This document shows positions 1 through 14,049 of a stretch of 64,000 nt of DNA, piece by piece (position 1 is the first letter of the stretch; each line of letters opens with the position of its first letter). The notes under the pieces were generated by a model. That model was not told the origin of the DNA, searched no databases, and saw only the letters and a program-made list of their open reading frames with translations. Source of the stretch: Octopus sinensis (lineage: Eukaryota); assembly GCF_006345805.1 (NCBI RefSeq), contig NC_042997.1, positions 187,674,001 through 187,738,000 on the forward strand, written 5' to 3'. Both the position numbers and the translations under genes were made by a program.

Positions 1-72
1 GACACTCAGCAGCTGATAGTTCAGTTTTTACTATTACTCTCTTTATCTGCATTTGGTTCCATCTCTCTCTCT

Positions 73-107
<35 letters not shown>

Positions 108-265
108 TGCATGTGTGTGTGTGTGTGTGTCTAGCAGGACAAAGAAGAGAGAGACATATACCTAAACACACACCTATACATACACACACATGCACATGTG
201 CATATGTATGTATGTATACATGTGCATGTAGGTATATAAAAATGTACATGTATATTATATATATG

Positions 266-404
266 TGTAGCTTGCTTACCAATCACATGGTTCCGGGTTC
301 AGTCCCACTGCATTGCACCTTAGGCAAGTGTCTTCTACTATAGCCTCGGGCCAACCAAAGCCTTGTGAGTGGATTTGGTAGACGGAAACTGAAAGAAGCC
401 TGTC

Positions 405-443
<39 letters not shown>

Positions 444-635
444 TGTGTTTGTCCCCACCATCGCTTGACAACCGATGCTGGTGTGCTTATGTCCCTGTGA
501 CTTTGTGGTTCAGCAAAAAGAGATGGATAGAATAAATACTAGGCTTACAAAGAATAAGTCCTGGGATAGATTTATTCGACTAAAAGGCAGTGCTCCAGCC
601 TGGCTGCAGTCAAATGACTGTAACAAGTAAAATAA
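266..635 (+). mobile_element. tRNA-derived SINE, family 1 (5'-truncated)
   Basis: agcttgcttacc..ggttccgggttcagtcccactg head remnant, internal (TG)n, gactgtaacaagtaaa tail; matches copies at 24.2, 30.5, 33.0, 44.5 and 57.7 kb. Confidence 0.8.
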
Positions 636-1097
636 TAATAGAATACACACACACACACAATTATTCTATATGTCTGTGTGTATGTGTGTACATACATAAC
701 CAGCAGCTGTGCTAAGTAAAGAAAATAGCTGAAAATTACAGAACTGTAAAATAATTTACTTGGATTAACATTTAAAGGAATTTTTATTCTATTATGTGTC
801 TGCATTTTTTAATATTTTCATTCAATTAAACATATTACGGACACAGTTATGGTTTACTTCATATCACGTGGTTCTGAATGTGATCCCACTATGCAGCACC
901 TAAGGCAACTGTCTGTCTTTACAAAAACCTCAGTTTGACCAGTGGAAGCCTCTCAAATATGTATACATGTTTCTTTGGATGTGTATATATCAATATAAAT
1001 TAGGTATAGTGAGTAATGTTACTTGACACAAAAAAAAGGCTCCAAAAGCAACTTAGCCATTTAATAAAGATCAATAAAATATAACTAAATATTATAA

Positions 1098-1315
1098 TCA
1101 TCATCATCATCGTTTAACGTCCGTTTCCCATGCTAGCATGGGTTGGATGGTTCAACTGGGGTCTGGGAAGCCAGAAGGCTACGCCAGGCCCAGTCTGATC
1201 TGGCAGTGTTTCTCCAGCTGGATACCCTTCCTAACGCCAACCACTCCGAGAGTGTAGTGGGTGCTTTTTATGTGCCACCTGCACAGGGGCCAGACAAGGC
1301 TGGCAAACGGCCATC
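1098..1315 (-). mobile_element. RTE-LINE 3' end fragment
   Basis: (CAT)n then cgtttaacgtccgtttcccatgctagcatgggttgga..., same as the 3' ends of the RT-bearing RTE copies at 14.4-16.6 kb. Confidence 0.75.
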
Positions 1316-1390
1316 AAATATAATTATCTAAATCACTTGAATGTGGTGAGTCAGCATGGCGTATGTACATATACAGATATAGATATGTAT

Positions 1391-1427
<37 letters not shown>

Positions 1428-1441
1428 ACACACACACACAC

Positions 1442-1509
<68 letters not shown>

Positions 1510-2206
1510 GTCCATTATTTTTGCTCTTGTATTGGTCTCAGGCAATGAGTTACAAGCATGCAGGAATGTTGTCTTCAAAGGGTTTTAGTTGATCATACCA
1601 ACCCCACTACCTAATTGAATCTGGTTCTTATGATAATCATCTCTATTGAATTATAAGTTATATTTTTGACATAAAGCAATGTAATTCAGCACACTATTTA
1701 CACCAGTAAAAATAAACACAGAAATGCACTCATAAATATACAAACACATACATAGTGGGATTCTACACAGTTTCCATCAACCAAAATCCATGAAACAGGT
1801 CACTTTCATACTTATTAATATTATTCTTTAAACTCCAGACATGTGGTGAAGCAGCTTTCTGAGAGTCAGAATGAATGTGTATGTAGTGAGAATCTTGTTT
1901 TATAGGGATTTTCAGTAAGCCCTATATCACTTTTCTTGTTTCACAATTATTTACAAAGCAGGCCTTAGCTCAATAAACTAACACTTTATTTAGAAAGAGA
2001 CAAATATACAAGTAGGTACTAGGTTTGGTGTACCCATACAGGAATGTTTCTTTTCTTTTCTTTTTTTAATTTATTCTAGCTGTAGAAGCAGCCAAATTTT
2101 TTATTTAATTGTAGCTCATTTTAATGCTATTTTTATTTTTATTAAAGGTCTATAGTCCTAAAGGTTTTATAATATCTATAGTCTTCACACAAATGGTTAT
2201 TTATAG

Positions 2207-2774
2207 ATGTATAAATATAAACAAACATATTTTTTTTTATAAGCACTAAAATGTGAATATAGATACAAATAAGTTGGTAATTTATTTTTGACACCATTAG
2301 AAACACTGGGTAAATTATCCTTACAAAGTAGAAAAATTTGTCCACAACCAGCTATGGGATTCGAACTCATATCTCTTGGTATAAACTCTAGCTAGTGCTT
2401 TACCATTGAGCTAAACAGCCAGCTGACAAATCAATCTGCTTTTCAGACACTTTTAAAGCTAAATGTACAATTACATGTATAAATACTAACAAACTGCATT
2501 CGAAAATAAATTATCATCTTATTTGTATCTATATATACACATTTCCGTGCTTATAACAAAAACATGTCAGTTTGTTTATATTTACATGTGTGATTGTACA
2601 TTTAGCTTTAAAAGTGTCTAAAAAGCAGATTGATTTGTCAGCTGGTAGTTTAGCTTAATGGTAAAGCACTTCAGCACTTAACTGGAGCCATATCAAGAGA
2701 TATAGGTTCGAGTCCCATAGCTGGTTGTTGACAAATTTTTCCGCTGTGTAAGGATATTTTACCCAATGTTTCTA
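2207..2774. repeat. Interleaved inverted repeat (A-B-A'-B') with tRNA-like cores
   Basis: 2207-2291 pairs with 2500-2588; 2298-2496 pairs with 2568-2774; A-box/B-box motifs in both B arms. Confidence 0.8.
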
Positions 2775-3415
2775 CTGTTCTAACAGTGTCTCTACATTTG
2801 AAAACAAATTATCAGCATATTTATACAGTTTAGAAAAATATTAGCAACATTGGAATGAGAATTTAAACTATAGAGAGGATCTTGCCATAAGTTATTTAAT
2901 TGCCTATTTTGCATTTATGAATATCAGAGTTGTTTCATATGTAATCTCATTTAGAGTATCGTTATAATAACAGGGCTGTATAGTTAAAGGATTCTTCATA
3001 TACGATAAGCCAGATGTGCATTTACTAATGTTATCAAATAAATTTTTTTTATGGATTAGTGAATGATGTTTGGATTTATATTCATAAACTAAAATTTTTT
3101 TAGGTTTTCTTTAAGGGCAGTGTTCAGCAATACCTAAATCTAGAGTTATATCTAGGAAATTAACTTCATATTTATTATGATTTAAATTCATATTTACTAT
3201 GATCTTTAAATCTAATTCTTCACACATGTAGATGAACTCCTTTTCTCACGGCATCCAATGAGATCACTTGAGACCACTCATAGTTTGCAAATTAAGTAGT
3301 TCATCACCATAGTAAGGGCCAAACTACGCAGAGCAAACTCCCTTCAAAATTAAGTGTAAAATGTACAATCCTATTCACAAACCTTAACCACATCATATAA
3401 TTCCAAAATACTACA

Positions 3416-3710
3416 TCATCATCATCATTTAGCGTCCGTTTTCCATGCTAGCATGGGTTGGACGGTTCAACTGGGGTCTGGGGAGCCCGAAGGCTGCACC
3501 AGGCCAGTCAGATCTGGCAGTGTTTCTACAGCTGGATGCCCTTCCTAACGCCAACCACTCCGAGAGTGTAGTGGGTGATTTTATGTGCCACCGACACAGG
3601 TGCCAGACGAGGCTGGCGAACGGCCACGCTCGGATGGTGTTTTTATGTGCCACCGACACAGGTGCCAGACGGCCACGCTTGGATGGTGTTTTTATGTGCC
3701 ACCGACACAT
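3416..3710 (-). mobile_element. RTE-LINE 3' end fragment with internal ~60-bp tandem subrepeats
   Basis: (CAT)n tail and shared 3' UTR; tttatgtgccaccgacaca repeated three times at 3580-3710. Confidence 0.75.
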
Positions 3711-4649
3711 TTAACTCAAAAAGTATTATAGTAAAATTGCAAGAATTCTTTAGTATGAATGATAATAGTATCTTCCAAATCACTAACTGAAGAAATGCTC
3801 ACCTATCGGATTCTAAGGTTTTTGAAGAAGGGATTTTTTTTTTACAGGAATCACTATGATTTCAATGTTTGTAAATAATATTTTTCACTTATATATTGTC
3901 ACGTTACTTCCTTCAATCATTTGAATACATATGTATTTGTGTATATGTCTGTCTTGATATCATAATTGTAAATGAACATCAGCATCATCTGTTTTCAGTC
4001 TCCCATGAAACGTATGTCTTGTCATGGGGAAATTTAGTAAGGAAACAAGTAAGGATTGGAAACAGGAAGAGCATCCGACCACACAAAATCCACCACAACA
4101 AATTCCATATAAGCATGGATAAGTGGTCATTAAATGATGATGATAACAATTATAATGATGATATATATATATATATATACATATATAAGAAATGTAGGAC
4201 ACACAAGTATTGTGAACAAAATTCATCTTACACTTATACCTCATTAGGGGTATAAATGTAAGTAAATTTCTCATATCACTTTCATATATATAAACAACAT
4301 TAACAGATTCCATTCTAACACAGAAAATGAAAAGGTACACTATACTTGTGGCTATAGCCATAAATCCCAGCAATTCAGAGACTGCCAGCTTCTTAAACCT
4401 TTTATGTTGGTTTGGAAAAAAGCTGAAGGCCTCTGGCAGGGAAATGCTGATTGAGTCCAAGAGGAAGAAACATTCACAGTGCTCAGACATCAAGTTAACC
4501 AAGTTCATCCAAACAATTTCACAACATCATCACCATAAACCCATCGGGATGATGAGGACCATCACTAAGCAGATGAAGGTGATGCCATTCATAGTCAGCT
4601 GTGCAATCCATAAGGATATCAGGTCCAAACCTTATGTCAGTATTTGGGT

Positions 4650-5370
4650 ATGAAACCTTCCTGCACTACCTGACTGGCTGTGTAGGTCACTAGCATATTT
4701 CACCAGAAAGGTTAAGCATCTCAGTAACTATCCCCAATAGTTCAGATACCTTCTCTGACTTTCATATCCTTGATTGAACTTTTAACCATATAGATATGAA
4801 CTTCAATGGCTGGCCCCTATGTCAGACCTTCACTCTTTCATGAACTCTCTTCATTCAGGAAGTTACAATAGCATTTCTATGCCTCTTTCTTTTCAGAATC
4901 TATGAGAGAATGTGTGCTGCTATCTTTATTTACACACCTTTCTTCCCTAGTATGCAATCTGGAAAACTGCAAACATCTGAACTTTATATCGCAGACCATG
5001 AACAAGCTATCTATGTTAGGCTTCTTCTTTCCATGCTGGGCATGCTTAATGTCTAGTTTCATATCTAGCAATGTAATTTTGTTTTTTGCTGCCTCCTTTA
5101 TTCCAATCTTCCAGGCTTGTTTCTTAGCTTTTATGGCTCTATCTGTAGCAGTTTTCCACAATCATATCACTCTCAATATTGTTCATAAAACAAATTATCC
5201 TTTACCTAACAAGAGGCAACAATACATGAGACCTGTACTTCAGAAATATTATGAACTGATCCATAATGTGAAGGTGTCACCTACACTCTTCTTATGGTCC
5301 ATAATTATGGTTGAATATAATTTGTTACTAAACACCTTACATGAGACACTCAAATACTGTCCAATTTAAA
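4650..5370 (-). mobile_element. Decayed RTE LINE, region upstream of RT
   Basis: Frame-broken translations WKTATDRAIKAKKQAWK and GPAIEVHIYMVKSSIKDMK..LLGIVTEML resemble the RTE linker (EGP..KAIKDMK.GKA.GPSGI.AEML). Confidence 0.65.
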
Positions 5371-8300
5371 GTCATTCAAGGTTCACAGGAAATCCTCCTC
5401 CTCCTCCTCATCATCATCATCATTATCATCATCATCATTACCATCATCATTATCATCATCATCATTACCATCATCATTTAATGTCTTTTCTCCATGCTAG
5501 CATGGGCTAGACAGTTAGACAAGAGCTGCTGACAAGTCAGAAAACTGTGCCAAGTCTTACTGTCTGTTTTCATATGGTTTCTATGGCTGGATGCCCTTCC
5601 TAATGCCAACCACTTTACAGAGTGTACAATGAGAAAATACATGAACTAGCTTCAAACACTTTCTCTCTCTCTCTATGCAAGATAGTAATACAAAACTAAT
5701 ATCTTTTTGTGTTAGTAGGACTGCATATTTGCATAAAATATTCCCAGAGAAGAAATTTAAAGTTCACATGCCCAGAAAGAGGGAAATTCTCATGAGCTGA
5801 TGAACAAATTTCAAACCAATTAAATAAACAATATCCCTGTAAGAGAAAGGAACCAGATAAGAATATCTCTTGCAGACATTGAAAGTAGAACAAGGTGTTT
5901 CAAAGAAAATGATAGAGAACTGCAAAGGAAACTAGGCTTATAGAAAGCTTAGAAACTGACACTTAAGTTTCCTCTAGGTCTGCACAAGAAACAACCTCAA
6001 TTTAAAATAGGTCATTGTTTGAATAAAGTGGATCACAAAGTAAGTGAATAACTAAAATGGCCAATTCAATATGCTTTCATCACCCCACTGGCACAAATAC
6101 AAATAACAGGGTCAGCATAGATTAGCAACATTGCATGGGAAATAGCTATTATCAATTATACTGACACACAGAAAAAAAAAACTGCCATAGAAAAAAATGT
6201 GACCAAATCAGTAACCTAGAAGGTTTTCCCACAATTATTCTGTAAATATGCACAGGCCCTAAACCACTTTCTGAAGCTTCTTCAAAACTCATAAAAGATG
6301 AAAAAATGTCTCTCTATATTGGAGGGATCTGAGCAGAAGCTACAACAGGCCTGACTCTTTAACTTCAAATATCAGTATATCAGGTGGAACAAATTATGAA
6401 GAAAAATACATTTCTTCAAAAGAATCATTTACTAAATGGTAGTGATTGGATCTTTTAAGATTTTTACCTTCTAGAATGAAGAGTGGAGAGATATGTAGTA
6501 ATATGTTTCTGGAAGGACTGCACCAAACTTTGATACTGAAACTGTGAAAACCCCTGAACTGGCTACCATAACAGAGTACAAGCAGTTTAATTTTTTCTCT
6601 GTCAAGTAAGAACTAGATATTGCAATAGCTTAGATTTCAGAGAACCACAGCTATTCGATATCCTTCCTTGAGCCATAAAAGACATGCATGGAGTAGCTGT
6701 CAACATTTTCTAACATCACTTGAAGCTATATCACAACAGGAGAGACACAGGCAAGGATAGTGATATCAATGAAATATAGCAAAACGTTCCCATAGAATTT
6801 TGTAATTACTTAGCGAATTCAATGCCGAGGCGTTGTTCAGCCGTTATTAAGAATAAAGGCTATGGCACAAAGTACTAATATGTATTTTGTTCTTGTTGCT
6901 CATTTTTGCTACAATCTTAAGCTTTAAATAAAATTATACTGATACGGTCTTAAACTAATTTTTCGGTAAATTTGAAATGTTTATATTAATTTAGCATTAG
7001 AATTCTTCAAGTCATGTAAAAATAGTTATTGTCTGCATCATCCGAAAGAGAAATAAATTCTGCATAAGGTGTAAAAGATAAAAATAATTTGTATGGTGTT
7101 AGTAACAAAATATTTTGTAAGAAATAGAACTTTTATCATCGGTCTTAAATTTATTTTCGCCAGTGTAGCAAATAACAAAACACACACACACACAAACACA
7201 TGCATGTAGATAAGGAAGATAGAGGGTGGAAATAAACATGGAACAAACAAGTTAATTATAATTAAATATTTCCCCTTAAAACAATATCTTAAAGACTAAA
7301 TGAGCATTTTTATACAAAATACATTTTATTATCAAGTAAAACACTTAATGAACAATTAGTTGCACCAATTACGCATTAAATAATGTTTTGAGATCATAGA
7401 TAATTATTTATTACTTTATAAAGTAGTGACTAAGAGCATAGATATACATACTACTTACAATCCCATAACAATTGTCAGTTTACAACTGTAGTAGAGACAT
7501 GAGAAACTTAGCTGAAATAATACTATCACTAGTTCATTTAAATGTCAGCAAATGTGATTAATAATGACCTTTCAATTTCAATTTGAAAACAAAACTGAAA
7601 GTCTGCTGGGTCCAAGATAAAGGGATGCAAATAAATGTGTCTAAATAATGTAGTTTTGTTTTTTTTCTTCTTTAAGGAAATATATTTATATCATATGATT
7701 GAATGTTTTCTGAGTTTTGTATTGCTGATGATTTTAGTAATTATATAAACTTTACTTTTATTTTTACTTAAACCTTACTCTTCTGAGTTCAAAGTATAAA
7801 GAAGACAATTTGTGGTGAAGCTTAGCATTGTACCTCATAAAAATTGTCTGTGTTATTTCATAACTTATTTTTTCTACCTTTTTTTGTCTGTAATATTCTT
7901 TTAATGTTGTGATGTACTTTGGTTGAGTGCAAGGTAAAGTTGACTGAATCTAAAAAATTGCTCTTAAATTTGAGCCCTTGAGAAAAACAATTGTGTTTAC
8001 TGTATTTGCTTGGCAGACCAAAACTAGGTCTCACTTCTAGTTCACAATTTAAATATAAACAGTGCATGGAGAGACCATGCAAACACTGAAAAGAAATTAA
8101 ATGACCATGTGCCACTGGATGCGTGCATGAACAACAGAAACATATTCTGAGAGAAAGAGTAATATATCTCAAAACATCTTACATGAGATATTCAAACTCT
8201 GTTCCAATGTAAAATGGAAAGGCAATACTCTGAAGTACTATTTTTTAATAACTGACTTATGGCATATCAAGAAGTTTGAGAAATCAGTCTTCCAAACAAT

Positions 8301-8771
8301 GCTAAAATATATCTTCTTTAACAATCATACATCACATAGTTTGGAGTTTGGGTGTGGCTTGGAAGAGATTACCCCCTTTTTATATGTATTTCAGTTACTC
8401 AGTAAACAAATAGAGCTCTGGAACAGATTATGTTCATATATAGTGGCCCTGATTATAGAAATCATCTTGCATTTAATGTGATAATATAATCTTCTAGCAT
8501 TCATTCATAAATTCACTGTATAAAATTGGTCTTATGGATTCTTGTTTTATTGAAGTGGATGGCATTCAGATAAACCAAGTTTTGATGTTACTACAGCCAG
8601 CTTTGCGTAAGATCTCATGCCTGCAGAATTGGTTTTACTAGTGTATCTACATAATTCATTGCAAGAAGAATGTGTTACAGATGTTTAATATGCCTGAAGT
8701 TCAAGGTCCAATTTAAATAATCTCTATATATATAAACAGCAACATGTCTGCGTATGTGTCCTTTATACAAA

Positions 8772-8891
8772 TCCACAATTTTTCAGTTAGAGGGCTCGCA
8801 CTTTCTATGGTTATTCAAAACCGTCCAAGGGTCCACAATTTTTCAGTTAGAGGGCTCGCATTTTCTATGGTTATTCAAAACTGTCCAAGAG
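8772..8891. repeat. 60-bp tandem duplication
   Basis: tccacaatttttcagttagagggctcgca..ttctatggttattcaaaa..gtccaag at 8772 and 8832, three mismatches. Confidence 0.9.
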
Positions 8892-11647
8892 TGGTCGTGC
8901 ACATCTTTACATTTCTCCAGTCACCCCGCAAAGCCATTAAAAATCAATAGAAGTGATTTTTTAGGAATTTTCTATCCAAAACCCAATCAAAATGTCCGAA
9001 ACTTGATACGCCAATTGAATTCCAGCAAGCTGTATGTGATTGGTCGGAGATTTGGACAGTACTTGTGTGTATGTGCACGCGCATGCAGCTGTATATGTAT
9101 ACACTAGCAATATGACCCAGCGTTGCCAGGTCATAGTGCTAGTACACAATAATACTTTCACAGAAAGCAAAAAAGCTTTACTTTTCCATTATACTTTCAT
9201 TTACATTAGAATAAGTTGTAAGAACAAAATGAATGTTTTTTTTCAATTTTACATTAACCTTATCTGCAAGACAATTCACTTTATAACTACTATGACAGAG
9301 TAAATATAATGTTATCATTTCATGTTATATCATTATGTATTGATCTATGTTATGAGAGATCACCCTGGCCCAAAAACTAAAAATACTGATTAGGTATTCA
9401 TACTTAATATGATTAACAGTAATACAATTTCAAATTCAATACTATTCTATAACAATGTTAGGATTAGATTTTAAAAAATAGAATGTATTTCTTCTGAATT
9501 TGTGTTCTAATATTACCCTTTTACACACCTGCTGGTAAGCCATCACATGAAAAATATTTTATCACTAGCCAAATTTCCTTGTTCTTTCTTCAATCAGTAC
9601 ACATACACACAACACACACGTATGACAAGTAAATTAATTTTCTTTCTCCCTTCTTTTGCAGTGTTAAGAAGAACTTATTATTTTATATAAGCCACTTTGG
9701 ATCAGAAAGATTAGGACAGTGAGCAGCAGAGTACATTTATTATGGAAGTACACATATGGGAAATTTACCAAAAGAAAAAAGTTCCTAGAGGGTAGCCTCT
9801 TTCAGAATAAGAAACTATTTGTATTATTCAGTGTAAAGTTTTAAAAAGAAATTGAAATGGGATAAAACAGGAAAATTCAAAAGAGTGGCATTTACTATAG
9901 TAGTTATTAAGAGAGTACACAAAATAAAAAGATGGTTCAAAATATATATAGAGCTAATTTTTCAGGTTCCCTGAAAAGACTACTTACTTATATCAGCTGT
10001 GGACAGACAATGATTTTAAAAATAGAGAAATAGATGAAAGCTATTAATGAGATAAAATGGAACTGGAGAGATAAAGGATCCTGGATATAATGCTAAAGTT
10101 TATAGAACGGAAGAAATAGGAAGGTGCTTTTGGCAATTCTTACAACTATATTATACATGGCTTCCAGAAAAGATCATAGAAAATAACTAGCATCTCTGTT
10201 ACAAATTTCTTTTGCTCTGAGTCCCTTAACATTGCAGTGTAGTATAAACAACAATTTTTAAAAAGTTATGGTGATTATTTCAAACACTTCTAATCCATTT
10301 TTTCATTTTTAAACACACTGTTAAGAGATCCAAACACTAAGACCAAGAAATTATTTTGTTATAAATGTAATACTATTCAATATCAAAATATAAAAAGGTT
10401 GAAATTTTATAAAATAAAAAAAAAAACAGAAATAGAAAGTTAGGTCAAGAATGCCTATATAAGTACAATTTCCCAACAAGAAGTGTATTTACATTATCAC
10501 ACTTAAGTAACCTGGTTACATCAGCAAAATTAGAACAGTTCTTCTTTTTATCGTTACTATATGGTATTTATTCGGAAGGAAAGAAGTAAAGCTCATGATT
10601 TTTACAGGTCCTCTTGGGATAGTGAGGTTGATGTAGCTGATGAACAGCTTAAATTTTTGAAGGTTAATGCCTAAGGGAAAACATGATAAAAGAAGTCCCA
10701 GATAGTTGCAGTTCTAGAAATAACTGTTTGGAAAAACAGCTTTGTGCAGAGTTCATATTTGGTTGTTACAAAAAAGATATATGTGAATCGGTTGGAACAC
10801 AATTTGCAAATTTAGAAAAAAGATACTATAGCAGTAATGACAAAAGCAACACAATAAATTGGTATGTCACTAGTATTCATGTGTTATGTCAGTGAAGTAT
10901 GGCTATGTACATGTGTTACATAAATATGTTTGTGTATATGTGTGTATTGATATGAATGAAATCATATTCAAAGCTGAAGGCTATTTAATTGTAAATGATT
11001 TCATGAAATAATTAAAAGAAAAACACACACACACTCTCTCTCTCTCTCTCACTCACACACACATGGAGAGAATAAGATTTATAAGAATCTCATGAATAAT
11101 CTCAAGATTTGCTTGGTTTAAGAATCTAACTTAATTCTTGAGACTGGTAGTAAACTGAGAAATTTCTGTTATATACTTTTCTTAATGTCTTACATAAAAA
11201 AAAGAAAACAACTTATACGTTATCATCCTAACTAGAGACAAAAACAAGCTTAAATGCAGTCCAGTAAATTACTGGTATTTGTCAACCAAAAGGAGATGAA
11301 AGAAAAAGGTATCTCAAATTTGACTTCAGAACAATGACAAATTAAACTCCATATTCTAAAATAGCATGGCTTCATTGGTATGTATATGTTATGCAACATG
11401 TTACTCTAAAATAGATTTAAGATTTTACTTCAGGAATTATTTTTGAATCAACAACCCTGAAGGAAAATACTGAGATTCTAGGACTTCAGAACTTTAAATT
11501 CTTTTCATCCCATAAGCAGAATTGAAAAATTCAGAGAACTTATATTTTGACATTAAACAATTCATTGTAATTTTAATTTTCAAATGAAATGCATTTCACT
11601 ATAACTCCTAGTGCAACATGTTTTTAAAAAAGAATTTCATTTATTAC

Positions 11648-12388
11648 CTGATTGGAATCTCCAGGAGTCACTGATGATGTTTCTTGTTGTGAAAAACCAT
11701 TAATGGTACAGTTTTGGTGCTGATCACTGTCATTGCATCCAGAATCCAATTTGGAAGGAGTTGCTGCATTTGATGCATCATCCATTTGAATTTTCTTGGA
11801 GTTATCAGAACCATGCTGTACAAACAATGGTTTTTCTGCACCAGATTCCACAGATTTAGCATTCTCTCGAACTTTTATAGTTCGTGAGCGGGTCTGAATT
11901 CCTCCAGTATATCGTGGAGGCAATTTAGAGACAGGGGCATTATCAAAGTTTTCATTACTGAATTCATATGGATCATCATTTAAGTGTTGTCGTTGTTGAT
12001 TTTCTTGCTGAGACTCAGGATTTTGTTTAGTCTTTTCTTCATGCTGATGTTGATGCTGCTGCTCCTGAGGTGATAGTGTTGATGGTAATTGCAGTTGTTG
12101 CTGTTGTTCACATACTTGTTCTCCATCCACTTGATTCTGAAATGACTGTGTTGGGACTGATGAAATATCATTTACAGTTTCAATTGCACAAGTTTTCCCT
12201 GGATGTTCACCATCATCAGACTGAATGTTTGTTGTCAGATTACTGTCATTATCTTTATTTTCCAAAGAATCTTTACTTTCTAGTGGTGTAGCTTTTTCAT
12301 CTTGTGATGAAGGACATTCAGTTTGAGACAGGAGCTGCTCTGTGTTAAGAGTCCCACGATTTTCCACCACTGACTCTCCTCCATCCAT
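11648..12388 (-). CDS. First coding exon of an unidentified host gene (acidic, Q/S/N-rich, probably disordered N-terminus)
   Basis: 247 uninterrupted codons MDGGESVVEN...PGDSNQ in AT-rich surroundings. Acceptor ttttctttatttttAG at 12415-12414 (exon starts 12413) with an in-frame TAA upstream of the ATG at 12388. Phase-0 donor CAG|GTAATA at 11648/11647. Downstream exons not identified. Confidence 0.8.
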
Positions 12389-14049
12389 CACATCACTTTG
12401 AAAGCATTACACACTAAAAATAAAGAAAAGGATCAGATATAGTGATACATATAAAACTATGACATTAAAGAGTTGAAAAGCAGGCTCAACCTATGAAATA
12501 TAGCAGCATTTCTCTCTTGAATACAACATACCAACTTAAATAGAAAAGGAGATGTGTGTTTTGTGGGAATAACATAGTCCCGGACACATCCTACTTTAAA
12601 TAAAAGCAGAATAATAACTTGATTGTCTTTCATCATCAGTGTGCTGAGAACAGGATTTACCTCAACAACATTGGAGAAAGCAAAATAGCTAATGAATTCT
12701 CATTATAATTACTAAAGATGTTGGGTTTTTTTTCTAAAGCAACATTAGAAAATATGAAATTAAATAGTTTTATCCTAAACTTCTTACTTTTCTATCATTT
12801 ATAAAAAATAATACCAGTATAGAAGCCAGAAATTAAATGGTAATGGTGATGCTGATGAAAGTGACAATACAGAAAAAAATACCTTATGGAATTCATTTAG
12901 TTACATTTCCTTTGTTCTCAGTTTAATCTTCCAGAGTTAATCAAATAACTAACAGTGAAGTACTGAACTGATAATGTCATCCTTCAAAATGTGGTTTTGT
13001 GTCAATGTTAGAAATTATTACTGTTGCCAAATGGTGAGTGTAAACAAATTTCTATGCATCCTTCACACATATAAACTATCCACTTACATCTACATCATAA
13101 CTACACATTTAGTTCATTCATTCTATAAACCAACACAACTTGTATATTATAAACTGTTTAGGTAGTTTTCTTAGCTACAAGTGTAAATTGATGTAAAAAT
13201 ATAGAACCAGATTTTTATTTTCTGCTAGATGTTATTAACAACGGGTTAAGGATAAGATGCAAAATACAACACAAATAAATATATGATATAGCACTAAATT
13301 CATTAAACCAACAAGGGAGATTCATTAAAGTCACTTGATTTGCTATATACTAAAACAATAGTGAAATTTTCCTTCCAATTACATGCTACAGTCTCAAAAA
13401 AGGAAAGATAGATTAGGTAATATAGTTTCTGATATACAAAAAAAGACAAGAGGCTTAACCTGAAGGTTAAACAAAAAGAAGATAAATTTATCATCTGTTA
13501 GCTGACTTGTGAGGATTTTCCTATGCTTGCTGTGATCTAGCACAAAGCATGATCTTAACTATATCCACTTTAAACCTATATACCAGATAGTTTACTACAT
13601 AGAAATTATCATCCGTATATCTATATAAACATAGAGGTAGTGTAATTCTCTCTGTCTATCCATTCAGTTCTGCTTGCTGTTGCTACTTTTCCCAGAAGAT
13701 AGTTCATTTTTTTCCTTTCACTTTCAGCTTTCTTTTTTTTTTTGCTCTCTCTCTCTATCCTTAACTCTTTAAGTGCTACACTGGTTGGCTGTCTTCAACT
13801 TCTTTCTGTTACATTTTTATTCTCCTGGTCAAAAGACTGCTCTATATTTTTTTCTTTTTATGTTAACTCTTGTATATTCTTGTCTTGCCTTAGTCATAAG
13901 ACTATTTACATTTCTTTCTTATCCTACCTGTGTCAAAAGACCACTCACTTGTCTTTTGCTGCCCCATCTCCTTATAATTTATTCTATCATCTTGTTCTGC
14001 AGTATTTACTCCCAAATAACTTCAGAGTTGTAGCTACTGAATACTAAAC

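Noticed and set aside
2644-2725. Functional tRNA gene
   Set aside because: Acceptor stem pairs poorly, U33 is replaced, and the mirror copy differs in the anticodon arm; treated as a tRNA-derived relic
4902-5369. 155-aa plus-strand ORF
   Set aside because: Antisense shadow of the minus-strand RTE relic
10575-10680. Protein-like plus-strand stretch HDFYRSSWDSEVDVADEQLKFLKVNA*
   Set aside because: Too short, no recognisable family, opposite strand to the host exon
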